From Podarcis vaucheri (taxonomy: Eukaryota): 64,000 nucleotides of DNA. The notes below the pieces were generated by a model that was not told the origin of the DNA, did no database searches, and saw only the letters and a list, made by a program, of their open reading frames with translations. Positions 13,790 to 27,263 of the stretch are shown piece by piece; position 1 is the first letter of the stretch; each line of letters starts with the position of its first letter. The DNA is taken from NCBI GenBank assembly GCA_965113315.1, contig OZ220372.1. One strand, given 5' to 3'. Made by a program: the position numbers and the translations under genes.

Positions 13790-14545
13790 ACAACTTTTTA
13801 TATGCCACACATCTGACTGGGTTGCTCCAGCAACTCTGGACTGCTCCCAACAAAAAATAGTAAAAATCCAATCCAACATCCAACACTAAACACTTCCCTG
13901 AACAGGGCTGCCTTCAGATGTTTTTAAAAAATCACAGATCTCCTTGACATCTGATGGGAGGGCGTTCTACAGGTCGGGCGTGACTACCAAAAAGGCCCTC
14001 TGCTTGATTTCCTGTAACTATCGGAAAGCCCTCAGAGCTGTATCCCAGTGTCTGGGTTGGATGATGAGGATGGAGATGCTTCTTCAGGTATACAAGGCCA
14101 AAGCCGTTTAGGGCTTTAAAGGTCGGCACCAACACTCTGAATTGTGCTTGGAAACGTACTGGGAGCCAACATAGTTCTTTTGGGACTGGCGTTATATGGT
14201 CTTGGTGGCCACTCCCAGTCATCAATCTAGCTGCCGCATTCTGGATTAGTTGTAGTTTTCAAGTCACCTTCAAAGGTAGCCCCACATAGACAACATTGCA
14301 GTAGTCCAAGTGGGATATAACTGGAGCAGGAACCACCCTGGTGAAACAATGTGCAGGCAGGTAGGGTCTCAGCTGGTGTATCAAATGGAGCTGGTGAACA
14401 GCTGCCCTGGACACAAAACTGACCTGTGTCTCCATGGACAGCTGTGAGTCCGGAATAACTCCCAGGCTGTGCACCTGGTCTTTTAGGGACACAGTTACCC
14501 CATTCAGAACCAAGGAGTCCCCCATACCTGACCTCACCTCTAAAG
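13790..14545 (-). mobile_element. L2 LINE 3' portion with degraded ORF2
   Basis: Minus-strand translations LKDQVHSLGV...HLDYCNVVYVGLPLKVT and DHITPV..L.WLPVRFQAQFRVLV..FKALNG are characteristic of L2 ORF2 downstream of RT; simple-repeat tail near 13780-13800. Confidence 0.88.
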
Positions 14546-17500
14546 TATCTATGCCCAATCTTAATGCCTGTATTTTTTGTCAGCAGTTGTATTTTCACTG
14601 TGTAGAGCTACATATTCAGTAGTGAGCAGGGTCTGGTAATTCAAGTCTCTGAGGAACATGTAGTTCTATCCTCAGTGCCATTGTTGGCACAGCTTCTATT
14701 TCTGAATTAGCTGTTGCATTTAATCCCAGTGTTTAATATCTGGTAACTGTTTATTATTTCCATCACAAGGGTACATAGTTACCATAGTATACTCTTCTTA
14801 TATGTGCCTGTTAAGTTAATCATTCAATCACTGGACGAAGCTCTAGTTTCCCATCCAAAAAACCCTTCAATATGTTTGCATTCCCAGCAACTCTGCACCA
14901 CTGGCCTACTAGTTAAATGTCATCTTGCAGCCAAAACAGAGACATTCATTATCCTTCTTTGACAAGCATCTGGGGACAAACAAGCTCAGAACCTATGTGG
15001 TTACTATTTTTAATATAAACAAATAAAGGGCCCCTGATCCCCTCTAATGTGTATTCCTTGTAATTCTGAATTAGTTTGTATACCATAAGATATTTTGATG
15101 ACTATTCATATATTGGAAAATCTGAAGCACCCCATGGTGTGCTTAGCAGGCTGCCTTGCCGGGATATTTTTCTGCACCATCTGGTCTAGGTATATAACCA
15201 TCCATCACAGGCCTGTTTGCGAGAACCCCAAAAAATTGGAAGGGAGAAAGAAAGCACGAAATACAGAAGGATTTGTTAGTAGTGTTTTTTTGGGGGCGGG
15301 GAGAGGGTCTTCCTTTGCCTTTCCCACATCATCATAGTAATTCAGAACATTAGATCAGTTTCTTATGATGAACACCACAGTCAAGAATTTCCCAGACTTG
15401 TCTTCAAGGGAACTTACTGTGCTGAATTTGACATCAGAATAATTGCAAAAGACAGCAGTAGAATTCTTCACTCCAACCTCAATATTTTTAATCATATGTC
15501 TGTATGACATTAACAGAGACTTCTGAAATCTAGATTAATTCACATTAGTCAATGCTGGCTTATGCACAAATTCCCCCTCTCATCCGTGGTCTGCTTTTAA
15601 GTATAGCATACTGAAATCTGTCAGTCTGATTTAACTATGGTTTCTGCAAACCAGGATTGCCCCAAATTCTGGTATGCAAATCCACCTGAAACCACGGTTT
15701 AACATCATGGTTTTAAAGCAGTCCTGGTTTTCACTAAGCCTTTCTTTATTTTAAAAAATCTGATTCAGAAATCATGGTTGCAGCAAATCATGGAGACCAG
15801 GAGACAGTGCAAGCTAGTGGTATCTTCCTGATCTGCAGACCATGATGTAAAGATTAGGTATTGTCTCTGTTAAGAGGTTGACTTGAGAGTAGAAATTCAG
15901 TAACTTGCAGTGGAAATCTTTCTACAGTATTCTCAACTTTCAGCCTATTCGCGTAGATATTCCCCCTCTTAATAATTTCTCTGCTGTCAGCTGTCCATGG
16001 CTGAAACTTCTAATTAAGCTGATGCATGTGTATCCCTGTAATTTGACAGTTATGATCCCATAAGTGCAAGAACTGGCAGTAGCTAAGATATAGATGACAA
16101 TGTTTGAAATAGATTCCTGCAGGTTTCTTAGGATTATGAATTGTATGGATGTCCAGAAAACATCTCATCTAGTTCTGTCATCTGTGTTTTAGTCATCTCT
16201 TTTCAGAATGAATCAGTTGCTCTGCCAGGAAGCTTTGTCTTCTTAAAGCAAAGAACAGTAACACAATAAAATTAAGTGAGGGAAATGTATACTCTGCCCT
16301 ATCTTCAGATCACCCATCTCATTCCTGAGCTTCAGGCTGCACAATATTTTAGTCCTAGATGTTCTGACTAATAAATAATGGTCATGCCAAATCATATGAG
16401 GGAATCATGATGTATAGGGGTATTATCCAAGGGGGAGTAGACTTGATACGCCAAATTTAATTGGTGATCTGCAATGACATTTCAAACTGGGCCTCCAGGC
16501 TACAGTGAACTTAACTTGCTTTGCCTCTCTCAGCCGATTTCTTCAGTTCTTTCTGGTTTCCATGCTATGTTGTGCCTGTGTTAAGAACTTTGTAATGTGT
16601 GAAGCAGCACTCATAACAACAGAACACACTGGAATTTGATTGGAGCAAGATACAGCTGTTGGCAAACGCCATCTGTTCTTCTTCAGTTAGATGTGATTAA
16701 CTCCCAAACATTCTGACTCCTGCACCCATATTTTCTGTAGGCGGTTATTCATAAAGTACCAAGGAGAGAAAAGTAGTAAATGTGTGACAATTTGTACAGG
16801 GTACAGGGGGTATTGATTGCTCCAAAAATGCAAACACTTTTGTTTGCATTTCCGGTGCAATGATTTAATGCATTGTTGCTCCCCTCCTCATTCACATAAC
16901 ACAGCCTTTCCTTTAGGCATTGCTTAATTGAGAGGTTCCGGGGCTCAAGCTTAAGTGGAAATCATTGTCTCTGACTTCAGAGCCCTTCCTCCAATGAGCA
17001 ACAGCAAGTAGTGAGGCAAAAGCACTTTGCATAGGCTCACAGCCACTTTCCATATTCTTGTTCATGGCCACAATCTAGTCAAACATTTGGAATCTGCAAA
17101 ATAACTTTTGATTCATCTTTGCATGCTATGATAAGCAGTCACCTTTCCATTCAGTTTTCTTAATCTGGCCACTACATTAGCAGTATCTCAGCAAAGGCTG
17201 TCTGTAGTTTTTCTCTACAGTGTGTTTTAGTGACCTTCCTTCCTTCATTTCTCTTTAAAAAAATTAGGGAGCTCTCATTTATCTTGTGCAGTGTGAGTGA
17301 GGCTGTTGGACTGGGCTTTAGGGCCCCACCAAGTGGCCAGAGGCAGGCACAATGTCTTGGGAAGCAGGTGACACCCAGGATGCCTTTGAGAAAGCAAGCA
17401 CACGTCTGTCTTTGATTCCTGTTCCTTTCCTGTTTTCCCCATTTTTTCATTTTTCTCTATGGCTTTTCCCATTCTTTATTGTTACTTTTAGCCATTCGTT

Positions 17501-17832
17501 TTTCTTTTCTTCATTTTTCTGTATATGCTCCTGTCACCATTTTGGTTTCTCCTTCCCCACTCTCTTGCTTACCATCTTGCTGCTCCTATCCTTTTGTTTA
17601 TATATTTTTGTGTTTGTGTGTGTATAGATGTAGATATAGATATACAGTGTGCTTACAATTTATGCACATTTAACTTGTGTGCTTTCAGCTTTATGTACTT
17701 GGCAAAACAATAAATAAATTAAAAAGAGAGCAGAAACGGGGCAGATTTCCTGGAAAAAGGACTTTGACAATCCCATCTACCATTGAATCTGATGTGTTTT
17801 GTCTCTGTGCAATTTTGGCTTTAGGTGCGATC

Positions 17833-18125
17833 CCTAGATGACCCTTGTGGTTCCTTCCAACTCTACAATTCTATGATTCTAGGTCTTCCTTGCATTCCAG
17901 AGGGTAGGATCCAAACCAATGGAGCCAAATGACAAGGGAGATTCTGACTAAACATCAGAAAGAAATTTCTAACAGACTACCTCAGGAGGTAGTGGAGTGT
18001 CCTTCAGTGAAGGTTTTTAAACAGAGGTTGGATCTATCAGGGATTCTTTAGCTGTGATTCCTGCATTGCAGGGGGTTGGACTAGATGACCATTGGATCCC
18101 TTCCAACACTGCAATTCCATGGCTT
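17833..18125 (+). mobile_element. CR1 LINE 3' fragments (two adjacent pieces)
   Basis: ctagatgacc...ccttccaactctacaattctatgattcta tail at 17833-17881; a second 3' end ggttggactagatgacc...ccttccaac at 18074-18120. Confidence 0.75.
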
Positions 18126-18585
18126 TCCTGAATGCTTTATTTTACAAGCGGTCCCACCAGACAAAATCAAATTAAAGAGTACACTGACGGACTGCACTGT
18201 AAAAACCATAAATTTGGTGCTTGTCAGCAACACAAAAACATTCATCCAAGGCATGGATCCTTTAGGGATGTTCATTATTTTTACGTATGATTATGACAAA
18301 ATCACCAGTGAATCACATAACATAGCTGTTGACCAGGTGACCTATCATGTGGTGGTGAGAAACCTGGAGGGGGGGGGAGAATTTCAAGACCATCCATTTT
18401 ACTGGATCCAGCTTGTGAGTGCATGTGTGTCCCTTGTCTCACTAGCTCGCTCTCACTCCAGCCCCCCAGATCACCCCATTTCCCACCCTGTCCTCTAGGC
18501 AAATCTTTTTTTTTTTTTTGGTCCTGCAGTTCAGATCTGAGCCTTGAAAAGTAGTCAAAAATGGAACTGGGAAGGAGCTTCACTC

Positions 18586-18890
18586 TTTTTTTTAATAAGA
18601 TATTTATTAAAAAAAAGAAAAAAATGAAAAATAAACATACAAAATAATAAACAGTTAAAAACACACATTAATTTTCAATGACATAACTTCCATACCCTTA
18701 TTTCCTCCGACCTCCTCATACTTCCCTTCTTTGTATTCCAGTTCAATTTGTTAGTTCAGCAAATCCTTACCATTAAACTTTTACCCATTTATAATCCTTT
18801 TTTCATGTCTCCTAAAGCATTACAGCTGGAAACCACTTGGTTTCTACCCAACATCTTTCTAACATTCATTCATTTTACAATATTTCTTCC
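18586..18890 (-). mobile_element. 5'-truncated polyA-tailed LINE 3' UTR (L1/Tx1-like)
   Basis: T-run followed by TTTATT (AATAAA on the minus strand); putative TSD CTCTTTT at 18583 and 18891. Confidence 0.5.
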
Positions 18891-20521
18891 CTCTTTTGAC
18901 TTCCTGCTTCCATTCTGTTTTTCTCTTTTGACTTCCTGCTTCCATTCTGTTTTTCTGGGGGGTGAAAGATAACCACCTTCACTATCTCATGATGAAGAGG
19001 ACAGTGAGCAGCGATGGGCTCTACATGGACTGGCTGTGTCTCTCCGCACATTTTCAGACAGTGTTTTTTCCTCAGCCCTTCCTGTATAGTTGCATAGAGA
19101 TTTAAGTCTGATCCAGTTCCCCCTTCTACCTCAAAAGGTTCCTGGTTCTTGTTCTCTTATGCTGTCTCATCTCATATCTGCCATCCAGCAGTTTGCCAAA
19201 ATAGCCTGAATTCTCGGGGGGGGGGGATAAATCTAAATATTGCAAGCAGAATATTTAGCGAGTGGTTTCCCCCCAGATATATTCTGAAGAGATTAATTTT
19301 GTTGCAGAGTCTGACTAGCCATATGCAACCTTGAGAAAAGAAAGAGCTGTATCTTATAATGAGGCACTGACAGAGAGCTAGCCTGAAGGAGCCGAAACTT
19401 CTTAGTGGAAGATTAGTTGTTTTCTAAAGTATATACATTAATCAGCTACACTTGAGGTGGTTTCTCCTGCCAGGCCACTGTGTAAGCTGTCTTCAAAATA
19501 GATCAGAAGGCTGGGTCTATTATATTCATCATCTGTCTAGTGAGCAATCACTTAAAGTGAAATTAAAAACTGAGAGGCAAAAGTCAATTTTTATAAAAAA
19601 CTTAATTTGTGGTAATCGGTGTTTTATTATAGTTTTAATGACCTCATAAAGAGTAAGGTGTATTCTGGCATCTCTAATGTGATATTTTAATCTCTGTGGA
19701 AGTCTGAAGTTAAATGTACCTTTCAGAAGTCTGTCATGCTCTGAGGAGTGAAATGGGCACTGGAAATCTGGAAAAGGGAGGCATCCCACGTTCCTCATAT
19801 TTGAGACCTTGGCTTTCTTCAATATACAGCACAACATTAATTGGGGCACAAATTTCAGCTTCTACGTAGTCTTGTATTTCCATTGGTATGCAGTCTTTAG
19901 AAGTTATTCCAACAGAACTGGTTAGCTTCTTCTTTATAAATGTTATATCAAGATTAGGTCAGGCTGTTTAGAGCAGGGATTCTCAAATCCTTTTGTAATT
20001 AGCCTTCCTCAGTCAAAATCACAGCTCATTGATTAAGACAGAACAGAGCCTTATTTGTTCATTTGTTTATTTAAGGAAAAAATTATCCTACCATTCTGCT
20101 TTTGAAATGTGCTTTAGACAGCTAACAATCCAAGCCAGGGCATTTAAAAGCAAGATGATGATGATGATAGTAAATTTTTTGTTTAATTACTAAAAAGAAT
20201 TTGGGATAGGACAGCAGATAAAATGAATAGTTAATAGACAAATTTAACTTGTTCCGGAATAGGTGTCTTAAAGTGATGCCAGAAAGACATCAAGGAAGAA
20301 ACCACACAAATATATTGAGGCAGGGAGTGCCACAACCTGGTGCAGCCACAGAAGTGAATCCTTTGTCCTCGCTGCCTCTGATTAGGAGCACCGAAAAGAA
20401 ATATGGCAGTATACACCCACAAGATGGTTATGGGGCTTAGGGATGCAAAATTTCCCCCAAGGGATTAAGCATTGATTGCTCCATTTACTCCTCATGCTAA
20501 CAAGACAAGGAGTGAGGAAGA

Positions 20522-21130
20522 AAACATAAGAAGACCCAAATAGTCCTCATTCTGTTCCCACAGTGGCCAACCGGATGGATAGGAGAAGCCCACAAGCTGC
20601 TGAGTTCAATAGCATTCTCCCACTCACATTCCCCAGCACTGCTATTTAGAGGCATACTGTGTCTGGTACTCGAGGTAATATATAGCCATTATGGCTAGTA
20701 AGGTAAAGGACCCCTGGACGGTTAAGTCTAGTCAAAGGTGACTGTGGGGTTGTGGTGCTCATCACGCTTTCAGGCCAAGGGAGCCGGCATTTGTCCACAG
20801 ACAGCTTTCCGGATCATGTGGCCAGCATAGAATGCCAGAGCGCACGGAAACACAGTTTACCTTCCTGCCGCAGTGGTGCCTATTTATCTACTTGCACTGG
20901 GGTGCTTTTGAACTGCTAGGTTGGCAGGAGCTGGGACAGAGCAATGGGAGCTCACCCTGTCGTGGGGATTCATACCGCCAACCTCCCGATCAGCAAGCCC
21001 AAGAGGCTCAGTGGTTTACCATGGACAACCATATCTTTCAGGAATCTGTCCAGTTTCCTTTTTTGAAGCCAGTTTAGTTGGTGTCAAATTCTGCAGTTTA
21101 ACACTGCAGTGTGTGAAGACGTACTCTTTC
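20522..21130 (-). mobile_element. CR1-type 3' fragment interrupted by a Sauria SINE
   Basis: aacataagaaga...ttctgttcccacagtggccaacc...atagccattatggctagta resumes after the SINE as ccatggacaacc...ttttgaagcc..agttggtg. Confidence 0.55.
20699..21018 (-). mobile_element. Sauria SINE (5'-truncated)
   Basis: aaggtaaaggacccctg tail on the left; body cctatttatctacttgcac is the reverse complement of the 4990 copy. Confidence 0.88.
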
Positions 21131-21199
21131 TCTCTCTTCTGTCTGTCCTGAATCTCTCACATTTCAGCTTCATTGGACGATATTGGGTTCTAGGGTTAT

Positions 21200-21209
21200 G
21201 AGAGAGAGA

Positions 21210-21249
<40 letters not shown>
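21200..21249. repeat. (GA)n microsatellite
   Basis: Direct inspection. Confidence 0.95.
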
Positions 21250-21251
<2 letters not shown>

Positions 21252-22536
21252 AATAACGCACCTCCCTATCCACTTTTGTCACACACAATACATAATTTTA
21301 TGCACTTCACCTTTTAAGCTTATGTAGTGAATAGGCTCCTGCTGCCAGGCCCAGTATAGGTATCCACTGGGAGAGATTTGGGAGGAGCAGGGACATCCCC
21401 GCCAACTATTCACACCACCCATGGGAGCCCTGTTACACTGAGAACCACCAGTTCAGCCATGTTCCCAGTTTCCTCACTCTGTCTGCACCCTTTGTAACCA
21501 GGAGCGGGAATGATGGGCCGTATGTCTGTGGCCATCTGGAAGGCTGTGTCAACTTGCCAATTTCACCATCTGCTGTAAGCTGCTCAGAATTTGGAAATTT
21601 GCATTAGCCATGCTCCAGAGTGCAAAAAAGAAAAAAAAGGCACTTTAAAGAGAGAGACCCCTTGGACCATGTGGGAAGAAATGATATCCAACGGTTGTTT
21701 AGGGAGACTATTTCCTAGTGGTTGTCTGCACAGATGATGGATGTGATGTCATGCATTCTGTCCTCTTCCTTGGACAGTTTTACCCTGGGGAGTAGAGGAC
21801 TCTGACGATGTCAAAAATAAAACTGCCAAACAGCCTAGTGTGATTTAATCACAAGCCAGCTGCATTGATTCTCCCCTCAGGGTGCACCATGCATTTGTTT
21901 GGAGATAATTTTGTCAGTGTATTGAGGAGGGAATTGGAAGCCACTGTAAATAGTATACTTGTGATGTGATCAGGTGTACCTTTGTCAGGAAACTCATGTG
22001 TGTATTTGATATTTGGGGCTGGTTGAAATTGATTCTTGGTTGAATGAAATTAGTTTATCCCAGCTGTTTGGTGCCTTGTTTTGCATTGTGTGACTGCAGA
22101 TGCTCCGATGGAGTTTATGTGGCATTCATTGCCTGATTGAAGCAAAGCTGAAAGCTGCTCTTGCTTTGCTCAGCACGTTGCCTTGTGAATGTTTGCTGCT
22201 AATATGCTTTTGTTTGTCCTGAAAAGCTTATACACAAGTCCAAGGTCATATCTGGAAAAGAATGAGAGAGAAAGAGTAGCAGCTGACAAATAGAGCCTAG
22301 TGGTGCTGCTTGTAAGAGTGGCTGAGGGACCTATTTCACCTCTTTGGGGAATTCTATGGTCCTTATTATCTAGCTTCAGTTAAGTCACATGAAAGCATCG
22401 TTTTAATATTTTGGAGAACATAATTTAAGTTGCTGGGTTCTGATAATGCACCCTTTCATACTAGATTCTTAAAAGTAAGATGTTGGCACCGTAATAGATG
22501 GTGATAAATGTTGGATTTTCGTACTTGTCACATTTT

Positions 22537-22635
22537 ATAGAATTGTAGAGTTGGAAGACACCCAAGGGTCATCTAGTCCAACCCCCTGCAATGCAGGAAT
22601 CACAACGAAAGCATCCCTGACAGATGGCCACCCAG
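22537..22635 (-). mobile_element. CR1 LINE 3' end fragment
   Basis: atagaattgtagagttggaag...ggtcatctagtccaaccccctgcaatgcaggaatc; shorter related pieces at about 32670-32716 and 51505-51575. Confidence 0.75.
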
Positions 22636-24132
22636 CCCTTCTTTCAAGGAATTCTGACCTAAATGTACACTATCCATCCTTTCTTTCCTTTACAGCAGCC
22701 TTAGGCTGTAAGATGCTGAAAAACCAGAAGCCACCCAGCGGGCTTCATAGTTCAGCCAGGGACTTTGAAACCTGTTTTACTAAATCCACAAAGAACCAGC
22801 AGCTCTTTTTTAAAAAGTGCATAGCTAGACATGCAAATTTCTTGGAACATATTGGTTGATATTCAACTAAATTTTACCCACAGTAGACTCATTGAAATTA
22901 ATGAACATGGCTAAGCTAGGTCCATTAATTTCAGGAGGTCTGCTCTGAGTAAAACTTAGTTGAATACCCCCCCATTAACATAATTGCCTATTAAAATAAT
23001 TGGAAGCATATCAAAACCAGTGGGCCTACAAAATAACCTTTCAGCTTCTAACGATGAAGAGGAGTTAGCCTGTATTGTAAACAAGAAGAATCAGGCACGA
23101 AGTATTAAGTCACCTGCATGCCAGCAAGTATTTCATTGTGCTTTCCTTAGCTGCAACTGCGGTAAAAACTGATTAGATTATTATTGATTTCACTTTGCTC
23201 CTGCCAGCACACATCAGTCAGCGAACACGTTTTTTCAAACCTCACCAAAACTGGGTTCCCTAATGGCGCAGGTTAACCATGTTGTAATAAGGTTTACACA
23301 AAATCTCCTGCAGGAAGGATTCAAACAAAGATTAAATAAGGCTTTCTGTCTCTTTCAATGTTTAGAGCCTTTCACCATGTTTAGGTCCCAGTGTCATCTG
23401 TAATGCACAATAAGTTTAGAGACGGTACATGTAAAAGAGCATGGCACACAATGGATCTTTTGTTCTCAGTGGATTTTAAAGTAAGTAAAACACCTCAGAA
23501 GTAAACATAAGCCAAAAGCTGCACTTCAAGTGAGGTATTCTGATGGTTATCTGAGACGCTGCCCTATGAAACTGGATTGTTATGTTGTTTACGAACATGA
23601 GCAAGACACTGTTCTTCATTGTAGCCTTATTGGTAACAGAGAAGGAGAAGCAGGATGGAGAACTAATTTACCTTATGAAATCCTACTAATAACTAAAGGG
23701 TTGTCTGCACTGCAGGTTAACTTGCTGCTGTTCAGTGAAATGTCGGCTTTCATGGCTTATAGCACTTGGCATAGAGCTACGTGGTCCTTTGCACCCTCAT
23801 GATAATTGTATCCTACACCCAATTTTAACAGGATCTTAAAGTCATGGGAAAAAGGAAGTGCACTCTCTTTGAATTTTGTGGTTTTACATATGAAGACATA
23901 GTAACAATCATTTGTTCCTTTGCAGGTCCTTGAATTAGGTAAATACAATTTAAGATGAACAACAACACATAACATATTACACTGTCTCATGATTTATTTA
24001 ACAGAAATAAAGCCAAATTGGAGAAATCATGTGTGAAAAACTAAATACACCCTTCCTGCTTCCATAGGAATTAAGTAGCAGATAGGTGCTGCTAATCAAA
24101 TGCACTTGCTTAATTGATTATCAGCAAGTGTA

Positions 24133-24470
24133 AAGGTAAAGGTACCCCTGACCGTTAGGTCCAGTTGCGGATGACTCTGGGTTTGCGCGCTCATCTCACT
24201 TTATTGGCTGAGGGAGCCAACGTTTGTCCGCAGAACAGCTTCCAGGTCATGTGGTCAGCATGACTAAGCCACTTCTGGCGAACCAGAGCAGTGCACAGAA
24301 ATGCAGTTTACCTTCCCGCCAGAGCGGTACCTATTTATCTACTTGCACTTGAGGTGCTTTTGAACTGCCAGGGGGGCAGGAGCTAGGACCAAACAATGGG
24401 AGCTCACCCTGTCGCGGGGATTCGAAGTGCCGACCTTCCGATTGGCAAGGCCTAGGCTCTGTGGTCCCTT
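24133..24470 (-). mobile_element. Sauria SINE nested in the Tc1 element
   Basis: aaggtaaaggtacccctg tail; perfect 12-bp TSD TCAGCAAGTGTA at 24121-24132 and 24471-24482. Confidence 0.92.
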
Positions 24471-24550
24471 TCAGCAAGTGTACCCATCTCTATAAAAGCC
24501 GAAGTTTTAGAGGTTTGCTGGTCTGCAGCATTCAGGTGTGTTTTAACACA

Positions 24551-25570
24551 ATGCCAAGTAGGAAAGATGACCAATGCTCTTAGAGAAGCAGTTGTTGCTG
24601 CCTATGAAACTGGGAAGGGTTATAAGGCCATCTCCAACCAATTTTAAGTCCATCGTTCTATAGTGAGAAAGATTATTCAAAAGTGGAAAACATTAAAGAC
24701 AGTTGCCAATCTTCTCAGGAGTGGACATCCCAGCAAATCACCCCAAGGTCAGACCTTGCAGTGCTCACAGAAATTGCAAAAAAAAAAACCCCAAGATTTA
24801 CATCTCAGGGTCTACAGGCATCAGCATGTTAAATGTTAACGTTCATGGCAATACAATAGAAAGAGACTGAACAAGTATGGTTTGTTTGGAAGGTTTGCCA
24901 GGAGAAAGCCTCTTCTCTCTAAAAAGAACATGACAGCGCAACTTAGGATTTCAAAGTTGCCTATGAGCAAACCACAAGACTTCTGTAACAATGTCCTTTG
25001 GACAGACAAGACCAAAGTGAAGATGTTTGGCCGTAATGCACAGCGCCACATTTGGCAAAAACCAAACACAGACTATCAGCACAAACACCTCATACCAACT
25101 GTGAAGCATGGTGGTGGAGGGGTGGTGATTTGGGCTTGTTTTGCAGCCACAGGACCTGGGAATCTTGCAGTCATTGAGTCGACCATGAACTCCTCTGTAT
25201 ACCAAAGTATTCTAGAGTCAAATGTGAGGCCATTGGCCCGACAGCTAAAGCTTGGCTGAAATTGGGCCATGCAATAGGACAAGGATCCCAAGCACACCAG
25301 CAAATCTACTGCAGAATGGGTGAAAACAAACAGAATCAAGGTGTTGCAATGGCCCAGGCAAAGTCCAGACCTCAACCCAATTGAAATGCTGTGTGGGACC
25401 TTAAGAGAGCTGTGCATAAACAGACGCCAGCAAACCTCAAAGAACTGAAGCAACGTTGTAAAGAACAATGGGCCAAAATTCCTCCACAACAATATGAGAG
25501 ACTGATAAAGTCCTACAAAAAACAATTATTTCAAGTTATTACTACTAAAGGTGGTTCTACAAGCTATTGA
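24551..25570 (+). pseudogene. Tc1 transposase pseudogene
   Basis: ATG 24551; motifs GKGYKAIS, RKPLLSKKN, VLWTD.TK, PTVKHGGG.V.IWACF, Q*DKDPKHTS, WP.QSPDLNPIE, GGSTSY*. Several stops and frameshifts. Confidence 0.92.
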
Positions 25571-27116
25571 ATCATAAGGTGTACTTAGTTTTTCACACAT
25601 GGCTTTTCCATTTTGGCTTTATTTCTGTTAAATACATCATGAGATGGTGTAATATGTCATGCGTTGTTCATATGAGGTTGTATTTACCTAATTTGAAGAC
25701 CTGCTAAGGAACAAATGATTGTTATTATGTCTTCATATGTAGAACCACAAAATTCAAAGAGAGTGCACTTTCTTTTTCCTATGACTGTATATAAATGTGG
25801 CTTGGCTTCCATCACCTTGTAAGGTCCATTTAAGAAACGAAAATTTGGCATCTTATAAGAGTAACAGTCTCCTTTGGAGGAATCAATATAAATGTCGACA
25901 GGGCAACAAAAGATTTGATTGGGAAGAGAAGAGAGACAGTGGAAGTAGTTGTTGATGAGAATAATTTGCCACCAGATGTTGGAAGCAGGGCACCTCACAA
26001 ACCCACTTGTTAGGCTGTAAAGCTGTAGTTCCTGTATAAAAGGTCTTTTAATGTCCATTAAGGCAGCACTGGTATCAAGAGAAGCACAGGCAGTGAAAAG
26101 GAGAAGTTTGATGTATTGCTGCTAGTGGCCCTCACGGCTTCTTTACGTCTGGCAGCAGTTGCATGCAGTCTCAGGAGCAGTGGGGTAGCAAACTGAAGCA
26201 GTAATGCCAGCAGCAGCCGCTCTTTGGGGTTAAAAAAAATCATGGACCCACGATGGCATGCCCAAAAAACTCCCATATCATAGAAGGTACACCAGGCCCT
26301 ATATAGCCATTAGTTGTGAGATGATGGTAAAATAAACTTGAACTATTTAAAGCTAGAATGGCTTAGTGATCAAGAGAGAGGGTGTTACAAATCAGAGGAC
26401 CACAGCTGGAATCTCACCTCTGCCTTACACTCACTTAGGCAAGCCACACTTTCTCAACTTGAATGCTCCCACCAGCAGTTTGGGAATAATACTGACCTAC
26501 CTAATAGGGCTGTTGGAAAAAGCAATATGTAAAATGCTTTGATTATGTTAAAGTGCTGTATAAGTGCTGTGTACTGTTGATTCTGTTTGCTGTAATTATA
26601 AACTTGAAATGTTGACATGTTGAAAGCTAAATGCTAGCAGAAGCACGCCAAGAGGATTTTAAAGGTAAGAAAGCAGGGCATGTCTAATATGGGTGCAACA
26701 TTAAATCCATATATTAAAAATGCCACAGGTTGAAAGTAGTGCCTCAAGAAAGGTTCGGTCTAAAAAAATTAAAAGGTATCTACTTCTGCAGTCAATGTAT
26801 TGGCACAGTCATTTGCTCTGCTTTATCTGTATCTGTTTCAATCCACATCCAAATTACACTGATGCAACTGATCTCCCAATAACCTGTGCTGTGGAGATTC
26901 TCTTACTGTTTTTGTTCTTCTCTCAACCATTGCATGAACAAAGGATTGCTTGTTGAACTTTGCTGTTATTATCAAACTTACTTTAAATGTGCTCAGATAC
27001 TAGGTCAAGGAAGGTGGTGTAAATACCTGAGACATGAACTGATAAACGGATGAATCTTGGCTGGATTTTTGTGATTTCTTCTCCACTTTTTATTTTTGTT
27101 TTTTAATTAATTGCAG

Positions 27117-27263
27117 CAGACAGAAGGAGGGGCACAGACGGATGGCCAGCCGTCACAGACACAAAGCAATGAGAGTACCGAGAGCAAATCTACTCCAAAG
27201 CGGCTGCATGTCTCCAACATTCCCTTCCGCTTTCGGGATCCTGATCTCCGGCAGATGTTTGGG
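27117..27263 (+). CDS. RBFOX2: RBFOX2 coding exon, start of RRM (RNP2); NAGNAG acceptor gives start 27117 or 27120
   Basis: U-rich tract then ttgcag|cag|ACAGAAGGA...TTTGGG|gtatgt. Translates (Q)[48 protein letters not shown]. Confidence 0.97.

Larger units (their letters stand above)
23839..25787 (+). mobile_element. Full-length but inactive Tc1-family (DD34E-type, long-TIR) DNA transposon
   Basis: About 210-bp imperfect TIRs (23839-24054 / 25576-25787) with (C/A)AGTCAT...ATGACTG ends, a TA dinucleotide on both sides (23837-8, 25788-9) and an internal transposase relic. Confidence 0.93.

Noticed and set aside
17320-17340. CTCF-like motif on the minus strand; AP-1/E-box motifs near 7738-7750
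   Set aside because: Short degenerate motifs expected by chance; no supporting evidence.
4106-23120. Scattered deep-intronic TGCATG hexamers (4106, 4314, 6334, 10152, 16023, 17120, 18420, 23115)
   Set aside because: Density is near chance and most are far from exons; not interpretable without conservation data.
25076-25525. 149-aa minus-strand ORF
   Set aside because: Antisense shadow of the Tc1 transposase.
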